From Fimicolochytrium jonesii (lineage: Eukaryota), in the NCBI RefSeq assembly GCF_025526975.1, contig NW_026515670.1, positions 868,001 through 932,000 on the forward strand: 64,000 bases of DNA, given 5' to 3'. The notes under the pieces are model-generated. The model was not told the origin of the DNA, made no database searches, and was given only the letters and a program-made list of their open reading frames with translations. Positions 22,732-36,174 of this stretch are shown in pieces. The position numbers and the translations under genes are program-made. The first letter of the stretch is position 1, and each line of letters starts with the position of its first letter.

Positions 22732-24634
22732 AGCGATTTTTTGAAAAGATTCAGGAGCTTTCACGAGATGAGTTGAAGATCGAGTAGTTCACTATCGATT
22801 GTTGCGTACTGCGTGGTTTGGATTTTCCGAGAGGTGCTTGGGACGTACAGGTTCTTAAGTAGCCTGCTGGGAATTGAGAGCGAGATATGAACCAGGTGAG
22901 TTCAGTTTGCGCCACATTCTTGTTTGTGCATCGTTCGCCATTGAGAAGCTCCATCGTTCTAAAAAGCCCCTAATTCGGGGTCCACTTTTGACAGGGACGC
23001 GTCGATTTTGGTCGGTTTTCCAGTTACGCTTTCCAACCTTACGCATATGGCATATGCGGGTGTCTCGTCGAAAAAATCCCCGAGCGAAGGCTGAGGCGCT
23101 GGAAAATCCTCGAAATAGGCACTTCGTTCTCAACAATATGACACCATGTACGTCACTCACAAGTCGAACGCTGGGGAACTTCCTTTACGCCTCTGACGTA
23201 TGTATCGAAAGCTTGGCGCTGGCTGCTTACGTTCAGTCCAGTTGAGAGCCTATGGATTCTGGGGATTTAGATCTGGATGTAAGCTACGTCGTGGAGTGAG
23301 ATTTCAAACGACCCGGCTCGCTAAACTCCGCAAGGCTAGTCTGAGAATTCTCGCTGTGGCAACAAATCCGGACAGGTACAGTATTCTACAACGACCATGA
23401 TGGTGTATGGAAGCGGGGGCGTCTCCCTTTCGGAAACCTCCGGCCATGAGGGGTTCGGCATTCCCCCTCAATCGTTCGCTTACGACCGATGCAAGGGACA
23501 TGTGCAAAGGCGGGCTCCTTATCGTCGGGACAAGCGGTTATGCCGTCGCGTGCCCTTTTGGATCGCGTATGTGTCATCAGCATTCACATCAAAGATTTTA
23601 TGGAGGGCCTTCGAAGTTCCCGGGGGCTATCATTTCCCGGTTTCCTGCATGAGAGGCAAGGTCTTCGTCTCCTGATCCTCAGCTGGGAAACCTCTTCAAG
23701 GGAAGTCTCCTCTCCGCCTGGAATCAAGAAGCCCCGTCGATATACTCAATCGCATCATGTCGTATTCGCCGAATATACGTACAGTATACCACCACATGCA
23801 GCAGGTCACCTCAATCCGGAGGACCGGCGGTTGTGGCTTTGGGACATAAACCGAGTCCTTGGGATCCCTCCAAGCGGCTGGTCCATCTTCTTCGTTACGA
23901 CGCCGCCTTTGGGACATTGTGGGAATTACTGTATGTAGTAGTAGATACGGGGCTTGCGCGATGTTGTTCCATGAAAATGTTGGGGCCCTTGGGGGTCCGA
24001 CACCGAGCGGGTGGCTGTGAAGCGCAATAAATCACGCAAATTTTTGACACTTATGACAGCGGCAAGCCCCCCTCCGTTTGTTTTATATACTCCCCCTTTG
24101 GTCCTGTGGCCGGCTTGGTCCCTTGCCCCACTGACAGCCAGCCATCCCCCAAATGAATCAAATCGGTCGGAAGGGGACGCAGGAGGTGTGGGGAGGGATG
24201 GGTTTGACATGTAAAGATATCTAATGCGGTCTGGTCTGACGCAAGCCCTTGACGTGCCGATTCTGATCAAATATAAGCAAAGGCGGTTGCAGAGAGCGAC
24301 TCCCAACTCTGTTTTCTGCTATCCCTGTCATATAGTATCTTTCGTCGGCCTTCCAACGGCCTGGATTTGCGCTCATTTGCAAGTTAGTAGATCGATATCT
24401 CGCCACCTTTCGCCACAACTATCACACGCGGACGCTGCACCGTGGGAAGTTTCGCAAGTCTAAGGCTTTGCGTTTTCGAAAAAGTGGTTGTGGATTTATT
24501 TTTTTTGGTACTTTCTTGTATCAATCGTGAGGAGCGATATCATCTAACAGCGCCAAAAAAGAGGCCGCTGTGGGAAAGTAAGAAGGCGAGGAAGCCCAAT
24601 ATTCACAGGTGAGAAGAGGGGACGGTAGCCGCCA

Positions 24635-24644
24635 TATATATAAA
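24635..24644 (+). promoter_or_regulatory. Candidate TATA box
   Basis: TATATATAAA about 105 nt upstream of ATG 24747. Confidence 0.5.
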
Positions 24645-24746
24645 TGCGCTGAGGTATGCTCGGCGCTAGCCTTTCCGGTTTGAAACTCACTCTGCAAGCC
24701 CGATTTTGACCAGCCACGTCCCATATTCTCGCACGAAACCGAAAAC

Positions 24747-25999
24747 ATGAGCGCTATAAACTCTGAACAACCCGCAGTCGCTCCTGCCACCGAGCAGGCT
24801 CCCGCCGTCGAGCAGTCTGCCGCCCCTGTTGCGGACGTCGCTCCCTCTGTGCCTGCCACTGAGACTCCCGCGGTAAAGGCTTCTGAGACCGTCGCTACCC
24901 CAACCCCCGAAGGCGCTACTGAAGCGCCAGCTGCTAAGGAAGTCACCGAGACCCCTGCTCCCGTTGCTACTGAGTCAACACCTGTCACTGAAGCCGCCGC
25001 TGAAAGCACTGAAGCGACCGCCCCCGCCACTGAGACCCCCGCGCCGGTCGAGAAGGCCCCCAAATCTCCCAAGAAGCCCGTCATTGAGCGTCTGTCCTCT
25101 TTCGCCGCTAAGATCTTCTCGTTCACGCCCAAGACCGGAAAGTCGAAGAAGGCCGGAAAGACCGCAGCGGTCAAGGCTGAGGAGTCTGCTGCCGCTGTGG
25201 AGAACGTTGAGGCGCCCGTGACGGCTGCCTCTGCATCTACGGACGTCCCTGCTGTTGAGAAGACCGGTGCTGCTGGCGTTGCTCCTGCGGAAGTCAAGGT
25301 GAGATTCGACAGACGCGCTCTGCGGTCTTAGCTTTACGTTATTTCGCGTATAGCATTTGGCGTTATTTTGCTCTGCGTACGCCAACCAAGTTGCATTGCG
25401 CGATGAAATTAAAACTTCTTTTGATTTGCCCGTAGGCTGATGAGACAAAAGCCACCGACGCCGGCAAAGCCCCTGCCGCCGTCGAAGTCCTCGCCGCTCT
25501 TCCCCAAATTCCTGTCGCTAGCCCTGCAATCCCCGACCTCACTCCCGTCGTCGTTGAGGCGCCCTCGGCACCCGCAACCAGCGAAGCTGCGACCTCCACC
25601 GACTCTCCCGTCGTTGAGGAGCACAAGAGCACCACCGAGGCCGCTTCCCAAACCCAGACCGCACATTCCGCCAAGCGCCTGAGCACTCTTTCCCGAATGA
25701 TCACCGTCAGCCGTGAGCGTGTCGCTTCTACCGTTGCTGGAGCCGTCACTGCCGCCAAGGGAACTCTGACCCCCAAGAAGAAGGCGAGCACTGAAAACAC
25801 TGCTGCTCCTATAACCGAGGAAACTGCTGAGGAGAAGGCTGAGGAAAAGGCCGAGGAGAAGCTCGTTGCGACCAAGGAAACCACCGCCGAAGTCCCTGTC
25901 CCCGCCGCTGGACCCTCCACCGTCGAGTCCGCGCCCGATGCTGCTCCTGCCGCCGAGCCAGCTCACGCCCCCACGCAGGAGGTCGTTGCCAGCGCCTAA
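24747..25999 (+). CDS. Ala/Pro/Glu/Thr-rich disordered protein with two basic amphipathic segments; intron 25299-25435
   Basis: AAG|GTGAGA...CCCGTAG|GCT joins two in-frame exons of the same composition. Biased codon usage (gct/gcc/gag/aag) and an upstream TATA. Confidence 0.8.
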
Positions 26000-26593
26000 G
26001 TGGACAGTAATGGATCACATTCATGCAAGCGATGCGATTACGGACGAAAAGAACATCAAACGAGGCGCAGATTTCAGTGCTCAGGAACCACAAGCCCTGG
26101 ACCTGAAAATGCCCTTGAGGCAGTCGGCGTAAAATTAAAAAAAAAAAAAGCAAGCGAGTTTGCTCGCTAAAATTTCGAGATCTACAGTATAGGTTGCCTT
26201 CCTCATTCTCAATGCGGGCAGCGAGTCAACGAGGCGGCTGTAGTTGTTTTGCCTTGTTGCGGGCGTTATGTTGATACCTTCCTTTTAATTCGTTGTTGTA
26301 ATATCCGGCCCCGTGAGGTTTTGTAGCGAAGGCAAGATTTTTTATAGGTCTCATGTGCTTCGTTTCGCGGTCATCGTCTTCTATTATAGTTTCTACTCTT
26401 TGTATTCAAATTTCCCCAATACCATTGCTATGAAGTCCCAAAATGAACGTGGGTTCGGTAGATATTTCACAAACCGAATCAGAACTATTCTGCGGGACCC
26501 GTACTTCGCCATGACCTCCTCGATGGAGTTACGATACCATAGAACTGCAGTGCTCTCACCCGGCATGAGCACGTTGATGCGGTATCAGAACAC

Positions 26594-27348
26594 CTAATCT
26601 TCTTTCGAGAACAATACAAATAGCCCTAAGACGACGAGTAGAAGTACCTTGAGCTCTTTGAACTCATTCAGCAGGATGGTTACCATCCCGACGTATGGCA
26701 GGAACCTGGAAGGGAAGCGAGGTAACAGTCAGATGAAGTGTCTGCGAGCGAAGCAACGACCGGACAACATCGAAACCTACCCTCTAACCTTCCCCACAAC
26801 ATGCTCCCTCTTCACCCACATCTGCCCCTTCCCATACAACCCGCCCTGCCTATCATCCGCCGGATTATGATCCCCCTTCGTCAGCAAGTACTGCGTGTCG
26901 TTGTCCTTCGTGTGTATTTGGATCACGCGATGCACGATTGGAATGCCACTCTCTTTGCCTTCTACTTTGTAGACGCAAATGTCGCCGATGTTTATTGGGG
27001 TGGAGGGGAGGGTGAGGAAGAGAAGATCGCCGCGTTGAAACGCCGGTGTCATGCTCTCACTGGGGTGAACACGGACAATGGTAAGGGTTGGCCAAACGAG
27101 GAGTGCAACGGAGGCTATATTCGATGTACCTAAGTACGACGACTATTGGTGACTCGGTGTTTGTTACGACCGAAAGACCCTTCCATATCATAAGCGCCGA
27201 CGATACGATCAGGCAGAAATTGAGGGCTTGTTGCGCTACCTGTGGGGTGATATGATGGATCAGAGACCGCTACGAACAGGGAGGAGCCACCGCAGCAAGG
27301 ACCTACCTGGCGGACGGATAGCCGTGAGAGCGCTTTTATGCTGTCCAT
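26594..27348 (-). CDS. SEC11: Signal peptidase complex catalytic subunit SEC11, 4 exons
   Basis: [81 protein letters not shown]. Confidence 0.96.
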
Positions 27349-27780
27349 TTTTGAGTGATTGTGAGCAGCAAACAACGGTGGAATCTTGGGCCAAAGATGG
27401 TTTGCGGTTTGAGGAGTTGCTGGAGTCTGGACGAAGGTTTCGACGTGTCACCCACCGCAAGTCACCGCGACATTTGGGCTCGTTGCATTTGGCACAGCAT
27501 TTGGCATGTCGACTTGAACAAGCAACTCCGTGGGCATCATAGGCTCTTCAGACAACAGAAACGCACAGCTCAATTTTAAGGCTTCTTCCAAGCCGTGAGA
27601 GCATAAAACCGAACTTTCATAGTTGATTCTCCGTCCTTTGAAGCTCCGTGCGGTGTCGGAGAACCGCTGACGATCATAGCCATCTTGCAACCTCGAGTCG
27701 AAAAGCACAGAATTCCGTCGATGCACACAACGACACCGGCTTTGTACTGAAGGTCGAAGAAGCTCTTCCCGGGGGAATAG

Positions 27781-30700
27781 ATGAACCCAAGTCTGGCCCA
27801 TGGTGGCTCACAACGAGAGTTACATATGAGTGATCTTTCCAGCGTCGAAGGCTTTCCCACGGAATCACCACGAGAGAATGTTGACGCCGGGTCGGAAGAC
27901 GGCTCAACCTCAACGAGTTCACAGGTACCTCAAGGTGCTTCTAACGGCGCTGAGCGGAATGCACCAACGCGGGCAGGGAATGACTATGCAAAGTGGCGAC
28001 CATTTGGGACGGGCTTCAAATTGCCGGGATGGGGCCGTCGCAACACGGCACAGGCGTCGTTGGGCAGTTCGCCACGGGAGAGTAGCCGGCTGTCGAATTC
28101 CAGTCTTCCCGATAGGACGGCAGGGAGCGGAAGTTTGGAAAGGTCGGAGAGACCTTCGGTAGCACGTTCCTCGACATACCAAATTGCACCGAGTCGCAGC
28201 TGGGAAGATGAACCAGAGCCGGAACATGTGGAAGATCCACTATCTGAGATCACCAATGGGTTTGCTGAGCTTTTGATTCCAGGAGAGATTTCAGAAGTAA
28301 GCCAATCGGTACTGCGATCGAAGATGGCTGCATTGGAGACTTTACACCGCGAGATCCTGCCCCATCTAAATGGGCCAAATCCGTTGCAATGTGAGCGAGC
28401 GAAGACACTGTTGGAAAGTATAATCGAGGAGATCGCCGTGTATGGAGAGTTTTTGGACATCGATGGTAGCGTGCGCTTAATCGCTGTTCTACTGCGATGG
28501 GTAGAATCTCACAGTCGGTCAATCAGATGTCGAGGATGGTGAAGAACTCCTTGCTGACACGAATGCCGAAACTTTGAACTACGTCGTGGTGAAAGCGTCA
28601 AAGTTCAGCCATGCCAGCACAAACGCTACCAACTCCGCCGAGGTGGTGGTCACGCTCATCAAACCGATTCACTTGCAAACGCTAATGTGTGTTTTGCTTC
28701 CATTACAGGATAGCTCATCCGAACGATCCTCCGAAGCCAGCGCGTACTCCACACCGCTAGCTCAGTCTCCACGGCCGCCCGCTCATATGCGGACCATGTC
28801 GATTTCGACACTCGCGTCGATGACCTCGTTATCATCGTCACCTGCCGCATCCCTACCTCTGAGCTTCTCCAACGAAAGTCAACCAGGAAGGTCTGGCAAC
28901 GTCATCAGCGTTCCACCAGGTCCGAACGACGTTCTGCGATGGACATCCTTGCAGCGGCTCTCATTACAGCTGTACACTGGTGCAATGAGACAAAAGGTCG
29001 GCAAACCGACCGTCATGGCGATATCAGGCGGGGCTGGGATCGTCATTGGCACGTCTCGCTCTATGGTTCTAGTGTACGATTTTGCGCAGACTCTGAAGGT
29101 GATTATCGGTGACCCTCGTGAGTCAACAGATCTGGGACCTGTAACAGCTATATCCATCGGGATCGATCATAAGCAGATTGTATGCGGATATGCGCATGGG
29201 TGCATCCGTGTCTGGAATCTTCTGAGGCAGACGGTTTTGAGGAATATTCCACCAGTTGCCGCGGAAGACGAAGGCGCAAGTAGACCTGAGGGGCACGTTC
29301 AGGGAGCATCAATCATCCACATTGCATTCGTCGGCACAAAAGGTGCTTTTGTATCTGCCGATAACGAGGTCAGTGGTGCTCCATGCAGCTTTGATCTGCG
29401 TTCTCGAAACTGAGAGCAATGTCACCATAGGGAAATGCGTTTCATCACGGTGTGCCGTTGATGGTGGTTGTAGGAGCATATAGCATGACTCGGTTGCTAC
29501 CCAGCTCTCGCAGCCCCGCAACTCCTTCCGTCATCTACGCCATGGCTGCTCTTCCTCGCATCGTCGGCCATTACAAACACCCTGGAGATCAATCGCATCT
29601 TGTGGCATTCTCAACTTCTCATCAGGTACATTATTTTCGACATTGATGACCCAGAGGGTGCCACAAGCTGATAAAGATACTCCAGATGGTGATCAAAAGC
29701 ATGAAGCCGCAACCGCAAACGCAATTCAAAATGTCCTGGGCCCGTGGGACTTCGGCGTCGAAGTTGGTTGACGACCGCGCATGTGGGATTGCTTGTCTAG
29801 CGTGGAGTCCCTTGCTGAAACGTTCGACAGAAGGTAAGCCTGCCGTTTCAGGCTTAACGGTGCGCTCGCAGCCTAACGAACGTTGTATCAGGCAAATACA
29901 CTAGGTTGTGCGATCCTCTATTAGCTTGCTCGTTTGAAAAACAGCTGCGAATCTTACGAGTGACATATGGAGCTCCTACCGTTCCAAATCTGAAGAGGCA
30001 AGACGCGTCGATATCCACACCAATAGACTACAAGATGCATGGGGATTGGCTAGGAGACGATGTCATTGTTGCACTTCAGTGGGTGGACGATAAGGTAAGA
30101 TATTGGGTCTAGTCAAGAATGTCTTGGTAGGCTGTCTCTCATACGCTTCTTCGACAGCTTCTCCTGCTACTGACCGAGAACCAAAGCCTGATCCTGCTGG
30201 ATGTGACGCTGATGAAGGAAGTTGACAGAACGGATGTCAAACCTCGCATGATCCTATCGGCGGACTACTTTACGAAGGGTGCGCCCAGTACGGCCTTGGC
30301 GGCCTACTATCCAAGTATAAAATCATTCAAAGGCCGTTTGTTTATTCTGGTATGTTGCTCAGATGGCGCTGGATATGGTGATTTATTGCTCAATGTACTC
30401 CTCCACTTTCGTAGGGCCAACGAGAAGTTACCAGCGCAAGCAGACTTTCGTGGATGGACCGTTTGAAAGCGCTGGTAGTCACGGGTCATTTTCAAGGTGC
30501 CATCGAACTAGGGATGACGTACTTCAGTGGAAAGGCAAAAAATGCTGTCACTGGCTTACCAGTCGATGAGAATGGACGGCAGACAGTTGTCGGGGACTAT
30601 CTGGCTGAGCTCTTGCAAACTTACATCAAGATGTCCATGGCCAGCTACGAGCCTCAGCCGCCGGAAGCAGATGAAGCGGAAGACCTCGCGACGTACCGAC

Positions 30701-33700
30701 AATTGGCCGTCGCAGCCTTTGACACATGCCTTGGAATCGATCGAGACGCACTTCTTTTCGGCGACATCTACGAAGAGTTCTGCGAGAAGGGCCTAGGACA
30801 CGTTTACTTGGAAGTGCTGGAGCTGTATATCCTTGACGAACGGGTTACCGCCTTTAGCAGTCCCGTCACTGTGCAAGATTTCATTTCCCACTACGAGAAC
30901 AAGGGGTGGCTGGACAGGCTGGCACAAGTGATCCTGCACTTGGACACCGCAACCCTCGACGTGCATGGCATCATCACTGTCTGTCTTCGCCACGGCTTGC
31001 ATAGCGCCCTCATCTACGTGTACACGCGCGTGGGAGATTTTGTGATGCCCATCATTGAGATCCTCCGCTTGATGGTCTCAACCCCCGAAAGCGCTGCAGT
31101 TGCAAACGGCGATTCAGCGAAGAAGGAATCGACAAGTACGTCACGGAGGGAAGCCGTGTACACATTATACGTTTACCTCTCCTACGTACTGACTGGGAAA
31201 GCATTTCCAATCGGCACACTCGAAAGCGCCGAATCTTTGCAAGCTCGCAACGACGTTTTCAGCTTTCTCCTCTCCCCATTGTTCGCATCCTGGCCGCCCG
31301 GATCCGACTCTCGGCAACGACTGGGCACCGAACCGTATCCATACCTACGGCTACTCTTCAACCATGATCCCGAGGAGTTCTTGAAAGTCGTTGCCGTAGT
31401 CATGTCCGATTCGACACTTGATTCGGATGTCCTGGCCATCAAATCCAATGTGTTTGTTGCTGATACCGATGGCTTAGGGAGGTACACTGACCGCTTTGTA
31501 ATCGGGAGACAGAGTATCTTGGACGCTCTGTTTGTGGTTATTGATGGCGAGACTTGGCTCATTGACGACGAGCCATTAGAAGATCGCGCTGACCATGGGA
31601 ATGATGCGGCAAACGACGACCAAAGAACGATCTTCTACTGCTTTGTTGCTCGAACATACGCACGCTATCATACTTCAATAGCTTTCCCAACACACGTCCT
31701 GGGCCGCATCATCCTGCAGTTGACATTGGGACCCGATCACGAGAGTCTCGGTCGCGACGAGCGTCAACGCGCGGTCGTGGCCATGCTGACTACCGCAAAG
31801 GATTTGATTGACGCAGAGTCCAAAGCGTATCTCGACCACTTCAAGAACGCAGGATTTTGGCGGGCGTATGAAGTTGTCATCCGTAGGCACCGACGCTTTG
31901 AGCTTCTGCTCGAATGCTACATCAATGATCCAGATCGTGCAACCGAAGGGTTTGCTGCTCTGCGGCAACTGATAGACAGTCGGGATGAGCTGTCACGGAA
32001 GCAAGTGGATGCGGTCAAGCGCAGCGCCATGGATCGGATCGGCGACCTAGTGCAAATCGATGAGATCTCCACGGCAGACTTGGTGGATGCGATTTGGCCT
32101 GCCGACCACAAGACTGTTATCGCCTCCTTATCGGCGGACACCGATGCGTTGTTCAAATACCTTTCCGGCTTACTGGACGCGGAATGGGTTCAGAGGGAAC
32201 GTCCGTCGAGATCATCCGGCAGCTACTCTCAAAACCCTCGAACTCGCGTGAGTGCCGAGATTCACGAGCGGTATATCGATATTCTCGGCTCAAAACATCC
32301 CAACCATGTTATTGAGTATCTGGAAAGCCTTTTTGCGGGCCAAGCGGGCTTCCCATATGATTTTGATCGAGTATTCAACCTGTGCAAGAAGCATGACGTG
32401 ATTGATGCAGCCGCCTGGCTGCTGGAGAAGAGTGGCAATTGGGATGGGGCTCTGTCGGTTATATTGAAGAGCATTGAGGAGGATGTGGAGTCGATTCTGA
32501 ATGGCACGTCATTGGAAAGCGTTGACGGAGACGTGTCCGAGAGAGCGATGGCAGACGTGATTACAGTGAAGGTTGATATGGGGTTGAACCTATGCAGACG
32601 TCATTACGCGAAGACGGAGTCGAGAGATAGGGAAACGGTGTGGTTCCGCTTATTGGACTCGATCGTGGAGATGCAGCACCTTACAAGTTCGGCGAAACCT
32701 CCTACGGACGGTGTCCCGCTGGATGTCAGCAATGGAGAGGCAGGTGCGGACGCATCTGTCGCAAAGCCGTCAGACCGCGACGCCCTTCACGAGATCCTAA
32801 AAGCCCGGACTCGAGACATCCTCTACGCGATGGTAGGACACGTTTCCCTCCCCTCCATCCTTCTCCGTATCGTTCAATCCCAACGCAGCGCCACATTCGG
32901 CGAACACCGCGACATCATCTTCTCCATGCTGGAATCATATACATACGAGCGTGAGCTCCTCCAAGCCACCAACCGCGTCATGGCCGCCGACGTACATGCC
33001 AATCACGTCCGTAACGCTAGACTCCGCTCGGAGGCTTTCCGACCTGCTCGTGGGCAATGTCCGCTTTGCAGGCGACTCCTGCACGTCCGCGCCATGTCGG
33101 AGGCGGAACGCTCCGCGAAGAATAAGGTGGTGATAATGCCCTGTCGACATGCGTTTCATGCGGCGTGTTTGCAAGCCGAAATGGAGAAGTTTGCGCGGTT
33201 GGAGGAGTGGGATGGTACGGGGGACGTGCAGAATGGCACAGCTTGGTGTGTTGTGTGCGCAAGAACCAGGGGACGTGTGAAAGCCTTGGCAAAGAAGAAG
33301 GCGTTGGCAGTAGCGACTTCCCTGAGAAAAGGGAAGGGCAAAGAGGTATGTTGCAGCCGCGCGATATTCACTTGTTGTTGCGTATGAATGAAGACCTCAT
33401 CATATGTTTTGCATCCTGATTGTACAGACGGACACGACAGCCGAAACCCCGACCCCAGAGGGAGATCCCAACAGCTCCTCCGCCTACGTCCACGAATCCC
33501 AAGCACACCTATACCACGCGCTCTCAATCAACCGATACTCCACCAACGCAATCTTCAACCTCCTCCGCACCGACGCCAAGCGCCACCAGGCGCACGCAAC
33601 ATCAGCACTCGCCAACGCCGGTGAATCCAGCCCGCTCTCTGACTCATTCGACGAAGATGGGGTCATCGACTATGGGGACCACTCGCCTTACAACAGTCAC

Positions 33701-33895
33701 CATCACCAGCATCCGGACGACGCCAAATCTGTGGCGTCAACTTCGCCGAGCAGAGCGTACCATTCGCTTGTGAGGCATTCGCATGATAATCTGGGCCTAG
33801 GGCTTTCGTATAACCAAGCGCTGTCGCATCTGGCGTCGTCGGGCAAGTACTCGCTGGCGTTGGCGCCGCCGCCTGTAAATGACGACGACCTGTAG
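27781..33895 (+). CDS. VPS8: CORVET subunit VPS8 (beta-propeller, alpha-solenoid, C-terminal RING); multi-exon; start ATG 27781 or 27826
   Basis: VLRWTSLQRLS...GKPTVMAISG...IVIGTSRSMVLVYDFAQTLK; DRLKALVVTGHFQGAIELG; ILHLDTATLDVHGIITVCLRHGLHSALIYV; TFGEHRDIIFSMLESYTYE; RING CPLC...CRHAFHAAC...CVVC. Divergent from SEC11. Confidence 0.92.
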
Positions 33896-34787
33896 GGCGT
33901 AACTGAGTGACTTCGCACCCAGGCTCCATGGCTGGCCATGGAACCCCTCTGCTTTAATTCCCAACCCTCATGGCAGTCATTTTGTTTTGCTCTCCCATGA
34001 TCAAGTTCCCCCTTTTCAAGTTGCACGATCTGTTACGGACTTTGTTTTTGATGTAATTCTGTCACCCGCAAATCTGAAAGCCCATCCGAGTAAGAATCGT
34101 TACCATCCATTGTGTTGAAATCCACAGGCGTCCATCCTGTGATCCTTTGTCTCTGAGGTTTTCGGTCGCGCGGATCTGCGCTGTATGGCCACTGTGGCAC
34201 TGTGTGCGCTCCGAAAGCGTGGAACATCCCGATCACAAGCTTGAACGTCAGAAGGTGTTCTAGACCTTTAAGGCTCCGAAAGACTTCCGGTCGGACTGCC
34301 TTGGCTTTCGGATTGGGCGTCCCTGGATGATGGAGATGGTGGAGAAACAAGGACGATCTTATGTTGTCCCTATGCGGAGCCATCATCTTGGTCCTCGTTG
34401 TCCGCATGGCTTTGTGCTGCGCGCGACACGCCGAGGGGACCGGCCGCCATGTTGGACTGACAAGGGCGCGTTTTGTCGACGGAGGGCACCGAAAAGCTCT
34501 CAAAGAAGGCCCGGGCCTGCGGGCTTTTTCTCTGCCCGCTCAATGCCAGGGGAATATCATATTTATCCACAGAGAGGGAGGCAAGAGTCTCCCATGAGAC
34601 GACTGGCATCTTTTGAGCCGAGTTGAGCAGAGTTTGAGCAGGTCATGCAGAGTCGTTTGGACGTTTCCCTGTGAAGCAACCTCCGCATTGCGACGTTCTG
34701 GCGATAGAGGAATGACTTCCGCCATTCCTAAAGCGCTAGTTTGACGTACGCTATTTGGAAGCAACTCGTAGTATTCCACCAGTCAGT

Positions 34788-35576
34788 ATGTCTGCCCTAC
34801 GCAACGCGTCCAGCAGGGAGTCCACTGCGGCGCCCGTAAGAAGGGTGCTGTTCGCACCGAGTCACCACGATACAATAGCAGAAACATACCACGACGACGA
34901 TTGGGACTCGGAGGCGCCCGCTTACCAACGAGACCCCTCGTCGATACCATTCGCTTCGCGGCAGCAGCGACCACCACGATACGACGCACCGCATTCAGTT
35001 ACCGAAACTAATCGAAACGCAGCGAGCGCAACACGGCCGCGCTCAAGATACCTACGGTTGCCAGGGAGACTGTCCTGCTTGCGGATAGGAGGACAAGCAC
35101 GGCGGAGGGCGGAGGAGGTGGCGGAGGAGGCCCGCCGCCTTGAAGAAGCGATGGATGATATCCCGCCATACCAACAACATACGAATGGCAGCAGATCTAG
35201 ACATGCAGATCGCGAGCGGAATGCGCTGCCTAGCCAGGTGTATCCACTCATGCTCCACTGCTTGAATTCGAGTCGGGAGCTGCTGCCTGCGTATCGGTCG
35301 ACCGTCACGCTCGTCCTCCCACATGCACCGCCGCCGTACAAACGGAAAGCGTTGGTGCGGAAGATCCGGTCGTGGTGGCAAAAGCGGACCGCGGAGCCTC
35401 CACAACGCGAGACGGTCGGGGATTTGGCTTCGGTACGGTCGTTGTGCAGAGATTGTGCCGGATACGGATGTCGGGAATGTGGTCATGAGTCGAGGCTTAT
35501 GCAGGTCTTTAGCATAATGCTGAGTGGGTTTGGTGCGGGGTGGGCCGGGATGCATGGGCAGCACATTTCGATTTGA
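34788..35576 (+). CDS. Hypothetical intronless protein with several PY motifs, a CxxC-x3-CxxC knuckle and a hydrophobic C-terminus
   Basis: 262-aa ORF from ATG 34788 with APAY, PPRY, IPPY, LPAY, PPPY and CRDCAGYGCREC. Confidence 0.6.
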   Translation: MSALRNASSRESTAAPVRRVLFAPSHHDTIAETYHDDDWDSEAPAYQRDPSSIPFASRQQRPPRYDAPHSVTETNRNAASATRPRSRYLRLPGRLSCLRIGGQARRRAEEVAEEARRLEEAMDDIPPYQQHTNGSRSRHADRERNALPSQVYPLMLHCLNSSRELLPAYRSTVTLVLPHAPPPYKRKALVRKIRSWWQKRTAEPPQRETVGDLASVRSLCRDCAGYGCRECGHESRLMQVFSIMLSGFGAGWAGMHGQHISI

Positions 35577-36174
35577 CCGCAGTTTCCACATTTTACCATC
35601 AATCCTGTACTGTACATATATATATACCCCCGGTCCAAAGCGCTTGGACACCCATTCATTCGGGCGTACAGCAGGATAGTCATTCGGGTGTACATACTTA
35701 CATAGTGCTCGGACTTGTAAATCTGTGAAAACGCTTCATCCAAAGTTCCAAACCTCCAGGATAAGGTCGACTGAGAGCGTGTGAACTGCGCGCGTGTCAT
35801 GGCCATCACATGGGAGCGCTTTCAAATGTCCGCGAGCTCGCTGTGCTTCTGTGCTTGGGATTTTCCCTACCTACTGTAGCCCCGCATCCCTCTCTACGTT
35901 ACCATATCAAACCTGCAAGTACGGGAACGAAACCTCACCCTTTTCGTAGACTTGAGAGGCGAACCCACGGACACCGGGCGCAAGAAGCTGCAGATTGCAA
36001 CGCCATTCCATAGGTTCAACCGCTAGCACGCTTCGAGTTCGTCCGACCACATCTTAGCACCTGTCTTGTGCAGTCCTATCAGTCTCTTCGAGGCAAGACC
36101 GTTAGGTATAAGGAGAGATCGTAGTTTGTAGAAACCAGGGGCTTCACCCAGCGCCTAGATAAAGCTTGCACGCC

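Noticed and set aside
23400..24400. Short ORFs between the RRM gene and the Ala-rich gene
   Set aside because: No recognisable domain or consistent splice model on either strand.
26137..26168. Poly(A) run followed by an AGCGAG-TTTG-CTCGCT hairpin
   Set aside because: Lies in a probable 3' UTR; no target-site duplication or element body, and too short to assign to the intronic repeat family.
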